DNA of 64,000 nt, from assembly GCA_964188305.1 (NCBI GenBank), contig OZ076886.1; one strand, given 5' to 3'. The notes beneath the pieces are model-generated. The model was not told the DNA's origin. It saw nothing but the letters and a program-made list of their open reading frames with translations, and did no database searches. Origin of the DNA: Podarcis bocagei (Eukaryota). Positions 1 through 13,442 of this stretch are shown here, in pieces. Position 1 is the stretch's first letter. Every line of letters starts with the position of its first letter. The position numbers were made by a program, and so were the translations under genes.

Positions 1-149
1 TGTAGCGCATTCAAATACACCCCTGTGTAAAAAGTTGTTTTTTTCAAAAGGAAGCAAAAGTTGTTGCAGTGACAGGTGCATTTTGAGGCTCTTGTTTTCT
101 GCCCCAAAGTTCAGCGCTAACAGTGCCACTGTTCATCATCCATTTCCTA

Positions 150-505
150 AAGATAAAAGTAAAGGGACCTCTGACCATTAGGTCCAGTCGTGACCGACTC
201 TGGGGTTGCAGCGCTCATCTCGCTTTATTGGCCGAGGGAGCCGGCATACAGCTTCCGGGTCATGTGGCCAGCATGACTAAGCCGCTTCTGGCAAACCAGA
301 GCAGCACACGGAAACGCCGTTTACCTTCCCGCTGGAGCGGTACCTATTTATCTACTTGCACTTTGATGTGCTTTCGAACTGCTAGGTTGGCAGGAGCAGG
401 GACTGAGCAATGGGAGCTCACCTCATTGCGGGGATTCGAACCGCTGACCTTCTAATCAGCAAGTCCTAGGCTCTGTGGTTTAACCCACAGCGCCACCCGC
501 GTCCC
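150..505 (-). mobile_element. Full-length Sauria (Squam1-type) SINE
   Basis: The minus strand begins GGGACGCGGGTGGCGCTGTGG (tRNA-like A box), has a B box GGTTCGAATCC, and ends in a (TACCTT/TTTAC)-type tail. It is flanked by a 12-bp TSD ATCCATTTCCTA (138-149 and 506-517). Confidence 0.9.
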
Positions 506-795
506 ATCCATTTCCTAGCTATAAGCTAAAACCGTTGCATCCAAAGGGCACACCAAACCAAGTTAAGAATTGGCTTCTTATTGGAAATTTGTAGCAAGGT
601 TTGGGTATAACAGCTGCAAACCTTGGTTGGTCTGAGGCTGGTCTGATTTTTAATGCAGCGTACCTGCAGCTCTAATGTTGGCTTCCTAATGGCCCACTAG
701 CACTACAAACGAATCAGAGGCATGTGTCCTGTTAGTAGTATTGTGTGAGATGCCTGAAACCCTGCTGATAATCCTGATGTGATTTTGCTGCCCAG

Positions 796-966
796 TATAT
801 AGACAGTACGTTGCCTGCTGAGTCTCCGTACCTTTATGGCCTCCACCCCAATGCAGAAATTGGATTCTTGACCCAAACCTCAGAAAAGCTCTTCCGCACT
901 GTTTTGGAGCTGCAGCCCCGGGACACCAGCCTTGGAGAAGGTTCAGGGGCCACCCGGGAAGAGAAG
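796..966 (+). CDS. DNAH9: Dynein axonemal heavy chain 9, internal exon (fourth from last), 171 nt
   Basis: Acceptor cccag|TAT and donor AAG|gtgagt. Encodes [43 protein letters not shown]...GATREEK. The LTQTSEK...ELQPRD and ATREEK residues match DNAH9 rather than DNAH17 or DNAH11 as I recall them. Confidence 0.93.
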
Positions 967-1399
967 GTGAGTCAACAGCAGATAGACAGTGCTTGATTTA
1001 GTTTCAGCCTGAATCCTGTTCAGTTTATGGGCAGTTCATACAGCCCAGTTAGCTTTTGCTAGGCAGTATGAACTGCCGTTATTGATTCCAAGGGAGGTCC
1101 TGGAACTGTACAGTTCCAGTACAATATCCACAGTGTTGTGGGCATTGTAGAAATAAATGGCTTATGACCTCTGCTGTCATTCAAAATTAATAATGGTGGA
1201 CATACACCATGGTTCTCATACAGAGGGACCAATACAATCCATTACATGCCTAGATTTGACTTCCTCCTAGAGATTTAAGAGGGAGACCATCCAGACAGTG
1301 GCGCCTCCCCTTTCTAGTTCGTAGTCGCAGTGTGCAACCCAGGAGGATGTCTTGGAAAAATCAGGCAGCTGCCATACAGATTACAGAACTCTCTTTGGG

Positions 1400-1903
1400 T
1401 GATATGGATTCACATCCCCACTTGGCCATGAAGCTCACAAGGTGATCTTGGGCCAGTCACTGCCTTTCAGCCTCACCTTCAGCCTCACAGGGTTTTTGTG
1501 TGAAAAAGAGAGCGAATTTATGATATCTGGGTTTGAGGACTGAAGAAAATATTGGTTTATAGAAAGTGGAATTGTTGGGTGTTGTTTTGGTGTGGATGTT
1601 CTTTTCTATATATAGCGGACAGACAAAGAATCAGAAGTTTTTTCCCATATTTTTTTTACTACTTTCATTCCCCCCTTTTTTTATTTCATTTCCCCCTCCC
1701 TCCCCCCTTTTTGGTTTGAGTTTTTATTTAGATTAGTTTATTAGATATTTGATATTAACCTTTGTATATTTTCTTTCAAACTTTAATAAAATTTATTGGG
1801 GGGGGAACCTACATTACAGGGTTGTTGTGGGGATTAAATGAGGAGGAAGGGGAAAACCACCTGTTCCACCTTGAGCCCCATGGAGAAAAAGGTGGGATTT
1901 AAA

Positions 1904-1944
<41 letters not shown>

Positions 1945-1960
1945 ATAATAATAATAATAA
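1400..1960 (+). mobile_element. Squam3-like tRNA SINE interrupted by a LINE 3'-end fragment (~1500-1805)
   Basis: The SINE core (ggccatgaagctcac..ggtgatcttgggccagtcactgcc) stops at ~1500. It resumes at ~1810 (acagggttgttgtggggattaaatgaggagg) and ends in a (TAC)n/(TAA)n tail. The insert is T-rich and carries AATAAA near its 3' end. Confidence 0.65.
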
Positions 1961-3979
1961 AAAATAATAGATGATGGGTATACAAGAGCTGGAATATCCT
2001 AGATTAAGATCAACAAGGGAGATTTGGAGCGTGCAGTTGACTACTCTTTTTTCCAATAAACTCTGACGCCTTCTTTACATAGTTTAAATCTGTAGAAGAC
2101 TTCTTAGTAACAATAAAAACAAAAATACCTATTTCCTCATGTTCTCTTAAGGGAAACATTTACTTCATTAAAACTCCAGTACGTGCCTATAAGGTACAGG
2201 AAGGTCAATATTAAAAAGTTGGTTTATGAACACTTTTTTCTGGCTGCAATTCATAGACAGTTGAAGATCAGCCCCATTATTTCCTCCTCTTTACACTCAG
2301 AGGCTAAGATTAAAATGGTTAATCCCAATCTTGGGTTAATTAATTTTTGCATTTGTTGCTGCCAAGGCTGATCATCGTCTTGGCTTTCAAGTTCCTGTAC
2401 ACGTGGCTTCTTTTTCTAGGACCATGGCCAGAACCAGACACATGGCCTGGGCCTTTTGGTTAACTACTCAAGCGAATGCCTCACTCCGAGTGAAATAAGA
2501 TCAAGTGTTCTGACATATTAAAAGGAAGAATGTGAATTGGCTGGCAGATTCCCTGCAATCCAGGCTTCATTTTTGTGCCTGTGATTTTATGGGTTATTGC
2601 AAGTAGGATGCACACTTAACGTCATGGAGCAGAGAGACCTGAACCCATGGAAACAATTTCACCCTTGGGGAGGTGCAGCCCCACCCTCCACAATAAATGC
2701 CAGTGGTCTTGTTGCAATTACCTTTTTCTTCCCTCGGAATTTCTCTGCTGTTTCACCAGGAGAAGGGCCTCCAAATTTGAAATTCATTTTAAGTAAAATG
2801 TGGCAACAGTTAGGAGTGTGCTCAGCCTTCCTAAGAATTTTTCCCAGGCTTAGAGAAACTCTTTTGGCTTCCCTCTAAATGATTTTGCCTTTTATGGCTT
2901 AAGGAAGAACCCCAACTGTTACTTCATATTTTGCTTAAATGCTGGTGATAATTCTATTCGCCAGCTTACAGCAAAGGGAATCCTTGGAGTGTGCCAACTT
3001 ACCTGCTGACCAAGATCTTTCTGATGTTAAGTGCTCCTCTTTTACTGCCCAGGAATCTTAACCCTTCTCCAGTTGTGGATGGAAATCTACCAGGGAAAAT
3101 GTCTGCAGAGCAAGTTACTTTTAATTTTGGTGCAGAAAGGAAACTACTATCCCTTCTGGTATACATGGACACCCTCTGAATCTGGCAGGAGTAAAGCTTC
3201 TGATAGAATTGATGGTTTGTGGCCAATAGATCAGATTGATTGGCAGGTGACAGAGAAGACAAGGGAATACAATATAATGCTTTGAAGAAAGGACCGAAGG
3301 TCATTCTATACATTTTAAATGATTTAGTGGCTTAAATGTATTAATATCTGCCGTCTCATGAGATGATGTTCCAAACTCTGGTGACCATGCTGCTGAGCTG
3401 AGCTGCAGGGAGACCTTGGGAGCTGACAGACTTTTCTTGTCTTGTTTACAATGTGCTGAGATAGTTCACCTTAAAATTCCATTTAAAATAATCTCCTGCA
3501 TTTGTCAATAATACATGAATAAAATTGCTCATAAACGGTGCAATACAGTATGCTCCACTGTTTGATTTTTACTTTTATAGCTTCATCCATCTCACTGAAC
3601 CAGCCCAACCTCAGAATGAGGCACACGGGAAAATGGGAAGGGGGGGGGGAGAAAGAAAGAAAAGGAGAGGAGAAGAGTGAGCTCCTGCATAATATGTGGC
3701 CATTTCTAAATCATCTCTGTAAAAAGAGCCACTTTGAATGCTTGTAGGTATTTAGAATGTAATAGCCCATTTGGATGGGTTGATTTAGAGGAGCCAGGTT
3801 CATGTCGGCTCAGCTTTATCTTCAGCAGGTGCAGGTTAACTTTCACAAGGCAGCAATGAATAGTTGATTATCTTCCCTGACTTCTGCAAGCAGTGGAGGC
3901 TGGTCCAGTAGGGAGAATGGGACACTGCCTCACCAACTTCTGCCCATAGCCATCCCCCACTGTCCTGCCTTCTTAATTA

Positions 3980-4231
3980 CAGTGGTACCTCTGGATGTGA
4001 ATGGGATCTGTTCCAGAGCCCCGTTTGCATCCTGAGTAGAGTGTAACCAGCGTCTGCGTGTGCGCGGGTCATGATTCGCCACTACTGTGCATGCGTGTGA
4101 TGTCATTTTGAGCATCTGCGCATTCACGAGCGGCGAAACCCAGAAGTAACACACTCCGTTACTTCCAGGTTGCCACGGAGTGTAACCTGAAAATGCTCAA
4201 TCTGAAGCACATTTAACCTGAGGAATGACTG
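3980..4231. mobile_element. Tc1/mariner-pogo (Tigger-like) MITE, degraded
   Basis: TA|CAGTGGTACCTC ... GAGGAATGACTG|TA imperfect TIRs with TA TSD. Confidence 0.75.
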
Positions 4232-4469
4232 TACATCAGTCCAGAGCATAGGACTGCCCGTCACCTTCTTCTTCCTTAGTCTCAGTGTTGCTCTTACAGA
4301 ACTCAGCAAGGAGGAAGGAGGAGACAAAATTTGAATTTGTTGTCTCTGGCTGCCAGTGACTCTGGGTCAACCGCTTTTGGTCTACCTGCCTTTCACCTTA
4401 CCTGTCCCAATGGGCCCCAGCTACCACTTTCTGCAATAAAATTTCAGTAACCCTCCTTTTGGTATGCAG

Positions 4470-4652
4470 GTGAAGGCGCTGCTGGATGATATCCTGGAGA
4501 AGCTAACTGATGAGTTTAACATTCCTGAGCTGATGGCCAAGGTGGAAGAGAGGACCCCATACATTGTTGTTGCATTCCAGGAATGTGAGCGTATGAACCT
4601 CCTTACTAGTGAAATCAGGAGGTCGCTGCGAGAACTTGACCTGGGGCTCAAG
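4470..4652 (+). CDS. DNAH9: DNAH9 internal exon (third from last), 183 nt
   Basis: Acceptor atgcag|GTG and donor AAG|gtagag, phase 0/0. Encodes [43 protein letters not shown]...LDLGLK. Confidence 0.93.
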
Positions 4653-6150
4653 GTAGAGGCTCTTTGTTGTGTAACATTGAGTGTGAAAATGGGCGAGTGA
4701 CCCAGTTATATGTTGCAGCCCTCCAGTCTGGGATGAGTGTCCTGTGTAACTAAATTTTACGTCCTGAAAGGGAACTTGGTATACAAGGATGCATAAACCG
4801 CAAAAAGTAGGCAAATAAGTTGTAACATCAGTGGGTGATATCAGATGCTGGTCATACATAAGTTAGTACTGAAGTCCATTAATTTCAATAGGTCTACTCT
4901 GAGGTATGACTTAGTTGGGTACCCACCCACTATTGTTAAAAAGATACCAAATGATAAGGTACTGCCAGTGGAACTAAATGATGGACAAGCTCAGAATATA
5001 AAACGTAACATGTAATCGAAACAATATAAACTCCAAGAAGTTAGCAGCTAGTAATTTGGCTGCTGATTTCCAGGGGGTAATGTGTGAAATTAATCTCTCT
5101 TCTTTTTTGGCCCTCAGTGTTGTAATGATGGTTGAATTCCCCTGTGACTCTCTGTAAACTTAAATACATTTTAATGTACTTTATTATTATAAATCATTTT
5201 GGGATACCTGCGGATGTGCCAAGCAATATATAAATATTAGGAACTCACACACAGGGCCCTATTGTCTCCCTTCGCTTCCTCTGTAGGCTGATGTGTAGCT
5301 TATACTTCAGCCCTGCTGTCTCCTTGGCCCTCTTTTCTTCAGCTCTGTGAACTTGAATGCTGCTGGCTGCCATCTTCCATACTGCATCTCACACCCTTTT
5401 GATAGCAAGGAGGGTTTCAATAGCAGTTTGCACAAGAGTAGGGGCCCATGGGGGCCGCTTCACAACTCCACTGTTTATTTGTTCATTCATTTATTTATCA
5501 CACCCTTTGACTCTTAGGTAGGTGTGCAAAGTAAGATGGAAATTGGGCACACCTTGGTTTCCTCTGTCCCTGTTTTTCAAATCACTCCCCACTTTTGCCT
5601 CATTTAGCTACTTTGTCTCTTGACCACCCTCCTGCCTGGCACTCCTCTTTACTTTATAGCATACATTATCTCCTGAGCACCCTGAAGTGCCTTCAGAGCC
5701 CCACTTTGCCACGGTCCCCTGTCTCCAACCCTCTACCACCTGCCCTCCCTTCAGGTTTCTCTTCCATTCTGCCCTCTCCTTCCTTCCTGCCTTCTTTCTT
5801 ATGTGCTTCTTGCCCCTTACCTTAAAATTATATGTACATACCAGGATCAGCAAGGGAAGAAATAATGTTAAAACATTTCTAGTAGTTTAACACACCTTTT
5901 TATTTTCTTTAAAAAGAAAAAAAAAGATTTAATAAGAGAGATATGAATACGTTTCTAGATTTTACTCTTCAAAAATGCTGGTCATCCTGTCTCTACCAAC
6001 GTTGTTTGCAGGTTGAACATGGCAGTTTCTGATCTCCTGAAAACCATTTTAAACAAGACATCAGGACAGATAAACATGTTGCTTTGACATATTTGCTGCA
6101 TTTCTGCCTGAGACCAATGCCTTTTCCCCTCTCTCATACATTTTTAAAAG

Positions 6151-6540
6151 GGTGAATTAACCATGACCAGTGATATGGAGAACTTACAGAATGCCATCTT
6201 CTTAGACACAGTACCTGAATCATGGACCAAGAGGGCTTATCCTTCCATGGCTGGTTTAGGCAGCTGGTTTGCTGACCTTCTCAACCGCATCAAGGAGCTG
6301 GAGACCTGGACTGGGGACTTCCTGCTACCATCTGTGGTGTGGTTGGCAGGATTCTTCAACCCACAGTCTTTCCTGACGGCCATCATGCAGTCCATGGCCA
6401 GAAAGAACGAGTGGCCTCTAGACAAAATGACCCTGCAGTGTGATGTGACCAAGAGGAACCGTGAGGAGTTCAGCAGCCCGCCACGGGAAGGTGCATATGT
6501 TCATGGCTTATTTATGGAAGGTGCGCGCTGGGATATGCAG
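6151..6540 (+). CDS. DNAH9: DNAH9 penultimate exon, 390 nt (dynein C-terminal domain)
   Basis: Acceptor tttttaaaag|GGT and donor CAG|gtaaat. Encodes [15 protein letters not shown]...[30 protein letters not shown]...[12 protein letters not shown]. Confidence 0.95.
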
Positions 6541-6857
6541 GTAAATATGAATATTGGGATTTTGTTGCTACACTAAGGGAATAGACCGTTTTAACAATCA
6601 TGTACGATATCATATAAAAATAACTTTAATTAAAATGTGTGGAATATTTTCTATTGACGCCTGAAATCTGAAGTAGGGGCTGGTCAATATTTCTAGTGGT
6701 GGGAGGAGGAGGAGGAGGAGGAGAAGGAGGAAAGTGATGGGATGGGTGGGTAGTTGAGAATGGACTTTAGTGCCTGCCAGGCTGAGCAGAACTTTGGTGG
6801 ATTTTGATTTTCATGCTCCTATTTTTGTGTTTGCTGAGGGAGAACCTTTTGTCAACC

Positions 6858-7082
6858 AGCCGGCGTGATGTAGCGGATAGAGGGTTGGACTTGGACCTAG
6901 GAGACCTGGGTTGAAATCCTTGCTTGGCCATGAAGTTCACTGGGTGACCTTGGGCCAGTCACTGCCTCTCAGCTGAACCTACCTCACAGAGTTGTTGTGG
7001 GGATTAAAAGAGGAGGGGGAGAACCACATACATGCCATCTTGAGCTCCTTAGGTAAAAAAGGTGGGATTATAAATGTAATGA
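6858..7082 (+). mobile_element. Squam3-like tRNA-derived SINE
   Basis: A-box/B-box-like head (gtgatgtagcgg...gggttgaaatcc) and the same core as the copies at ~1400, ~11360 and ~60930. Confidence 0.75.
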
Positions 7083-7085
7083 ATA

Positions 7086-7300
7086 CAGTGGTACCTTGGG
7101 TTAAGAACTTAATTCGTTCTGGAGGTCCGTTCTTAACCTGAAACTGTTCTTAACCTGAGGTACCACTTTAGCTAATGGGGCCTCCCGCTGCCGCCGTGCG
7201 ATTTCTGTTCTCATCCTGAAGCAAAGTTCTTAACCCGAGGTACTATTTCTGGGTTAGCGAAGTCTGTAACCTGAAGCGCCTGTAACCCGAGGTACCACTG
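7086..7300. mobile_element. Tigger/pogo-like MITE (215 bp)
   Basis: TA|CAGTGGTACCTTGGGTTA ... TAACCCGAGGTACCACTG|TA. Same family as 22045-22286, which is in the opposite orientation. Confidence 0.9.
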
Positions 7301-8460
7301 TAAAAAAGTATAAATAAACAAATGGCATGGATGTTGAAACCGTTCTCTGATTTTGACAGCTAGCATAAGATTAGACAGAACTGTGCAAAAGTCAGTGAAA
7401 GCTGGCTATTAAGGCTCTAGGGACCTAAATTGGGAGGAGGCAGTTAAAATGGCATGCTGAAAAATGGAGGTGCTTTAAGACGCCAACAACCATGCAATTC
7501 AAAGGATGGCTTTGGCTCCAATTGATACATTCTCACTATTTTTATCCCCCCCCCACTCCACCCCATTTTTGCCTGCCTGTTCTAAATTCTTTGAAAACCA
7601 GGGACTTTGAAGCAAAATAAGCAAAATTAGTTTGCATAATTTGCTGATATCAGAATTTGCATTTCTGTGGTGCATGATTTGTGCTACAACTTGTGCAGAA
7701 TCGGGAGTCCTCTCCCACCCACCTTTTTTGTTTCCCCCCCTGCACAGAGCATACACAGTCTTATTTTTAAAGACCCTGCCAAAAGGAGCAGCTGGTGCTG
7801 TCAGCCTTGGAGCTAAAAGGTTTATTGGCTCATGTCCCATAACTTATGCATCCAAATCAATGGTTTTCTTTGATTCCCTAGACTTAGCTGTTTGAAAGCA
7901 CCAGAGGTCAGAGCCTTATCACTGGTATGTTTACAGACCCTCCTTGAGCCCTTGCAGGGTATGAGCTGAGGCTGAGGGGCCAGGGAAGCTGTGGGGCTTT
8001 CAAGGAAGCATCAGCATATGGGGTGTGGGTGTGTAAACTGGACCTGGAGTGATTTGCACTGGTTGTGGCTGTCATCTACCTCTGTTTTTCTATCGAAAGG
8101 TTAAAACATCAGGAGGAACCCACCTGGTGGTGGATCCTTTGTTCTGCTCTATTATGAACAGGAGGGTAACCATAAACTGATAGACTTTGTAGAATACGAG
8201 AAGTCAGGCCAAAGACCAGTCTCCCTCAGGATGGCTTCTTCAGACTGTCTTGCTTGTTGTTGGCTGTGTGTGTGGTGTTTATCCTTTTCTTGGTGATCTG
8301 GCAGAAATCTGGCAGATTTCTCTGCTTTTTTGTACGCTAAATCTGTTTTTAGTTCATTGCTCATTTTTTAAAATGCTTTAAGTAGTTGTTTTTAACTGTT
8401 TTCATCAATAATGTTGCTGTTTTATTCTCTTTGTAAACAACTCTGTGGGTTTTGCCCCAA

Positions 8461-8511
8461 TACATACATACATACATACATACATACATACATACACACA
8501 TACACACATAC
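8461..8511. repeat. (CATA)n microsatellite
   Basis: Directly visible tetranucleotide run. Confidence 0.9.
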
Positions 8512-9609
8512 AGACTTTTTCCAAGAAGGCATAGTTGGTATCTGTTGAGTACACTGCTGATTCTCAGGCTAAATAAATAAAACAACAGAAGTGAAACCCT
8601 AACCTGGAGAGGATATACTGAGGTGTATTTTGTACAAGTTACTCATAGTATATGCTCAGCAGCAGCAGCACAGTACTTTTCAGAATTCTTTATTTCTTCT
8701 TTTTTTTTTTACAAAAAAGTAAAAAACACCTCATCATAGCAAACAGTGAAACTTAACAAACCTGCGTTGCAATGTGTGAAACATTCTAATCAAATGTAAT
8801 CAAGCAGATCAGAAAATAAAAAAATCACTTTCTCATATCTATACAACCCCCTCCCCCCACCCAGCAATCACAGAATGGCTAACTTGGGGTCATCAGCGCA
8901 GCAGTTATGGCAGCATGATATGGGGGCTTAACTGGAATTTCAAATAAGAGTTTCAATAGCTATTTCTTAATGCATTTTCTAGAAGTATTCCTTTCTCTGC
9001 TGCAAAACACTAAGCAGTAATAATGATATTCTGTCTCTGTGCCCGAACATGTCTTTTTAAATAGAGGTTGGAGGAGGGAGGAGGTTGGGGAAGGCAGGCA
9101 GGGACATTTCTGTGTTGAAATGGACCCATTGATTCTGCATTCAATAGCTCTGTTAGCTATGTGCGTATTCTTGTGGGGACAAATGCAGGTGACAGTGTAA
9201 AGAATTATTAACTCTGCTGTGCGCATTCACTCTTTCTGGGCTGCATATTCACTAGAAATTAATCCTTTGGTAAGAACCATGAAGCTCTGAAGTTCAGGGT
9301 AATCGCTTTAGGGAGCTATTCCAATTTAGAAAAGAAATTTCCCTGTAAGGTGATGGCTGCAGCTAAAGGCAGCCGTTCTCCATCTGCCCTGTTCAGAGAT
9401 GAATCTCCTATATTTATTTATGTATGCATTCATATTATTATGTGGGTGGCTTACGTTTATGAACCAATCTATATCAGCCTCCCACTTAACAAAAGAAAAC
9501 CAGACAGGTTTTACAAGGTCCCGAATTCCCTGCTAGTATTCATTTCACCAAAGGCAGATAGATTATATGTATGGAAAATTTAGCCCCTTACGGAAGAAAA
9601 GGTTGCATT

Positions 9610-9740
9610 CCAGGAGTGGGGAACTCTGTGGCCCTCCAGATGTTGCTGCACTGCAACTCCCATCAGCCCCTCCCAGCTTGGCCAGGGATGCTGGGAGCGG
9701 AGGCCAGCAGCATCTGGAGAGTCGCAGGTTCCCCATACCC
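9610..9740. mobile_element. Short palindromic hAT-derived MITE (lizard 'ctacaactcccatc' family)
   Basis: cagg.gtggggaac...ccagatgttgctg..ctgcaactcccatc...gcatctggag..gcaggttcccca. Related copies lie at ~16420-16540, ~21170-21220, ~25035-25235, ~28900-29005, ~36070-36180, ~42290-42350, ~49935-50045 and ~57290-57425. Confidence 0.7.
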
Positions 9741-11788
9741 GCCTTATTCCCCGGCTATGGGAGGGGACAGCTGGGAAGGATTCAGTGTGTGTCTTTGACA
9801 GCTTCATTTGGGACTCTTCCCCCTTTTCACTTTACGTTCTGCTGCTTTCTCAGAGAGCAAGATTTCTGAGGAAAGCAATTCAGGGAAAGCCCCAGACACC
9901 AGGGTGGCCATGTGCGCTACTTTACAGAGGACAGTCCTGCATTTTAAAGGCTGTCCTGTCCAAGCCCAGTTTAGAGGAGGGAGAGCTGTGCTTTTAAAGT
10001 TGCCTATCACCAGCTAGTATGTGGCTCACAGAGCAAGCAAGCACACAGGTCCACTGGTCAAATTCCCCCACCCCAATAGTGGGCAGGATTCATCTAAAGA
10101 ATCCCATTAGCACAACAAGGGCTTTTGCTCCTCTTCTGTGCCCCCTGCTTTGGTAGGGGCAGTTGGCAGAACCCATAAAACAGTATGCAGAGGGAAGGGA
10201 GTAGGAATCGTTCCATCTGGCAAGCTGATATGCTTGCACAGGCAGAATGTTTGTAATAGCGAGATGTTGAATGCCACCCAGTGTTTCTATTTAAATTATT
10301 ATTATAATTTCTAAATTTAAAACTCTGCATATAAATTATGATATGCACATCTCTTTTTTTGGTGATGCATTTCCTCTCTTTTTTAGCAATGTGTAGATGG
10401 CCATCCTACCGGACAGTGAGGGTTGTAGCAATGGCATTTTAATGGGAGAAATCTTCCTGGTGGTTAAGGCCACTTCAGGCTTTGCCAAAGGCATAAATAA
10501 TACACACGGATGCTACTTGAGTCAAAGGGTTGAAGAGCCTAAACAGTCTTGCTACATACACTAGAAACCTGCCTGCCTAAAGCCTGTGTTCAATGTATGT
10601 GTGCAACAAACATGGGTTTGCAAAAGTACGTATTGTGTGCTCTCGTAAACTAAGTAAACATACAATCACAGGCATAGGCTTGCTGGCATGTGATGTGTGC
10701 TGTGGTTTTAAGAAGCAGACAGGAATGGGAGTAGGCAGGTTGAGTCAAGCTAATCCTCAGAGTTCTTCTAAAGATAACATTTATATGATGCCCCCTCACC
10801 ACCAGCCCACCAAAGGAAGAGATGTGCTCAACAAGTGAATGCAACACTCTCAGAAGCCACATCCTTAGCATATGGTGGAACTACATATTATACATGTAAT
10901 CCAGATGGCTGTTTCTTATAGGGAAAATCCCACCTCAGGAGGCAGAAGTGGTGTTTGCAAAGATAAGCCCAGAGGGGAGTTGGACATGGTTTTCTGCAAT
11001 TATGATCCGAACAGTGACAAGTATGGGAGGGATTATGCACATCTCTGCCTCTCCCACTTACTTATTTCCCATTCCTAATCCCACCCCAAAGCTGCCTTTC
11101 TCTACCAAGTGTGGCCATGTTAGGACAGGTGTGTGTGTAATGTGCAGTTCTGTTCTTAAACACACACTTGTGCCCGCTTCCAATGTGCATTGTCACTGCA
11201 GGGTTCTTTCAAAGTACATTGCACTTACATTTTTGAGGGCTTCTTTCCACACATATTTTATGATCAGTGCACAGAAAAGGCCATCCGTTGGCAAAAACCT
11301 AGCTGGTGATGTTTCTAAGGTCATGAACCCCTGTGTTTTCACAAGCCAGCATTTGACTGGTTCAAATCCTCACCCATTGTTAAAACTCACTGGGTGGCAC
11401 TGGGGCACTCACAGTCTCTCAGCTCAACCCACCTTCCAAGGTTGTTGTGAGGATAAAATGGGGGGAAACTCCTCATATACTTCCCTAAGCTTCTAGGAGA
11501 AGGAACAGGATATATATGAGATATAATTTCTTAAGATGCATTGCATTCCTGTCCTATCATAATTTTATAGTTTTCTATTCTTCTTTGTTGCTTTACTGCT
11601 TTGCATTGCTGTTTAGATTTTTTTTCCTTATTGCCTTGGTGTAAGTTTTAATGATCAGTTTTATAATCTCTTTTGTTGACCGCTTAGGAAGTCTTTTTTG
11701 ATGAAAGGCAGCATTGAAATGCTTTCAATAGAATAAGCATAGCTGTGCCAGGTTTCCCCCAAGAATTATTTTGGTGCTGATTATCTCA

Positions 11789-11790
<2 letters not shown>

Positions 11791-11845
<55 letters not shown>
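11791..11845. repeat. (AG)n microsatellite
   Basis: Perfect dinucleotide run. Confidence 0.95.
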
Positions 11846-11849
<4 letters not shown>

Positions 11850-12972
11850 GTGTGTGCAGGTGTACATCTCCACCAATCTGTAAACCAAATTATATCCCTA
11901 AACAGTGAAAATGGTTGTATCCAAGTCAAAGCTTCTTTTGATCAACAGGGAGATAAGCATGCAAATAAAAACATTAATTAATGCTGTGGAATGCTCTAAG
12001 AGAGATTGAAAACTTTGTCAATCTAAAAATAGATGGGGGCATATTTCATGGGAGGAATTCTTCCCTTTGTATCTTTCATCCAGACAAGTGCCTGCTCAAA
12101 AAGATTTTTTAAAAAACCTAAATGTAACTGCAAGTTGAAATGTTGCAACACCAGCTCCCAGAAGTGTTGCTGTTGCAAGGATTATTTAATGTTTACTTGC
12201 TCCTTTGGAAATCTTAAGCTCTGCAGGCGCTATCTATTATCAGAATTACCTTAATATAAAAGTGTACATATTGTTTGTGTTGCAAAAGGATCAGGATTGC
12301 TTACCATTTGTATATGCCTCTTGGAATGCTAATGGTCTTCCTCAAGGTGAATAAACTGATCAGAAGATTGCATTTGATAGTAAGTTCTCATCACAATGCA
12401 GCACTAATGTGAGGATGTAAGGATAATGTGCAAAGTGCTTGTAGCTTTTCTGTGTTCTCTAAGGAAGGAGAGTCCCCTGGGATTGACCCTCCTGCTACCG
12501 AGGAGGCAAGACCAGCTTGTTGACTGACACCTCCTTGAGTGGAGCTTACCTTCTCCTTCCCCACCCTAGAGAGCAGTGGCAGCACAACATCTTCAGTCCT
12601 GTTTCCTCCTTCCCTCCTTTCCAACAGGGTGCATGGGAAAACGATGCCAATGGGCAATCTGCTTGCAGTGACTTCACAGCCACATTTTTCTGCACAGTGG
12701 GGCTGTGTAATAGGATGGCTATTTATTTTATAACCTGACCATTCTTCCCACCCCCTTGAACCATGGCAGGGCAGTTAAGCTCCAAGCAGAGGACTTCTAG
12801 TCTTCTCTGCAGTAGCCTTTTCTCTGAGAAGTTAGGGAACAAACCATTGATAATGGGTTATAGCAGATTATAGGAATGGCTGGAGACAGAGAAATGTTGG
12901 CCTGGCATTAATGGTACAAGAAAGGTGTGGCTGGTCAAATAAGCTCACATTTTCCTTTGCTATCCTTCACAG

Positions 12973-13200
12973 ACAGGGTTGATTGCTGATGCCCGACTAA
13001 AGGACCTGACTCCATCAATGCCGATTATTTTCATTAAAGCCATCCCTGTCGACAAGCAAGATGTCCGCAACATGTACCCATGTCCTGTGTACAAAACCCG
13101 CCAACGGGGTCCAACCTACGTCTGGACTTTTAACCTGAAGACTAAAGAGAAACCATCCAAGTGGGTTTTAGCAGGGGTGGCACTGCTCCTGCAGATTTAG
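12973..13200 (+). CDS. DNAH9: DNAH9 terminal coding exon (228 nt including TAG)
   Basis: Acceptor ccttcacag|ACA. Encodes TGLIADARLKDLTPSMP...CPVYKTRQRGPTYVWTFNLKTKEKPSKWVLAGVALLLQI*, the DNAH9-type C-terminus. Confidence 0.95.
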   Translation, partial: TGLIADARLKDLTPSMPIIFIKAIPVDKQDVRNMYPCPVYKTRQRGPTYVWTFNLKTKEKPSKWVLAGVALLLQI

Positions 13201-13436
13201 ACTCTTAATTCACATTCTCTTCTCCTAGCAGACAATCATCAGAAAAGTCACCGTTTCTTAGTTGGATGTTTTTTAATAGCATGAAGGAATACCCAATCCT
13301 GGTTCACATGTGAGTGCTCATCGTTCAAAGAGTGATATGTTGACATACATATGTATGTGTGAGTCATCTCAGTTCACAACTCAAGTTTAATCAATTTTTA
13401 AGTTTGCCCTTCAAATTTACTGTGTGATTTATGTAC

Positions 13437-13442
13437 AATAAA
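13437..13442 (+). terminator. Probable DNAH9 polyadenylation signal (AATAAA)
   Basis: AATAAA lies ~240 nt after the stop, with TGTA immediately upstream and a T-rich tract downstream. A second AATAAA is at 13554-13559. Confidence 0.6.

Noticed and set aside
150-505. tRNA gene
   Set aside because: The A/B boxes belong to the tRNA-derived head of a SINE with a tail and TSD. The same applies to 6858-7082 and 55187-55435.
796-13200. Assignment to DNAH17 or DNAH11
   Set aside because: Diagnostic residues ([39 protein letters not shown]) and adjacency to SHISA6 favour DNAH9.
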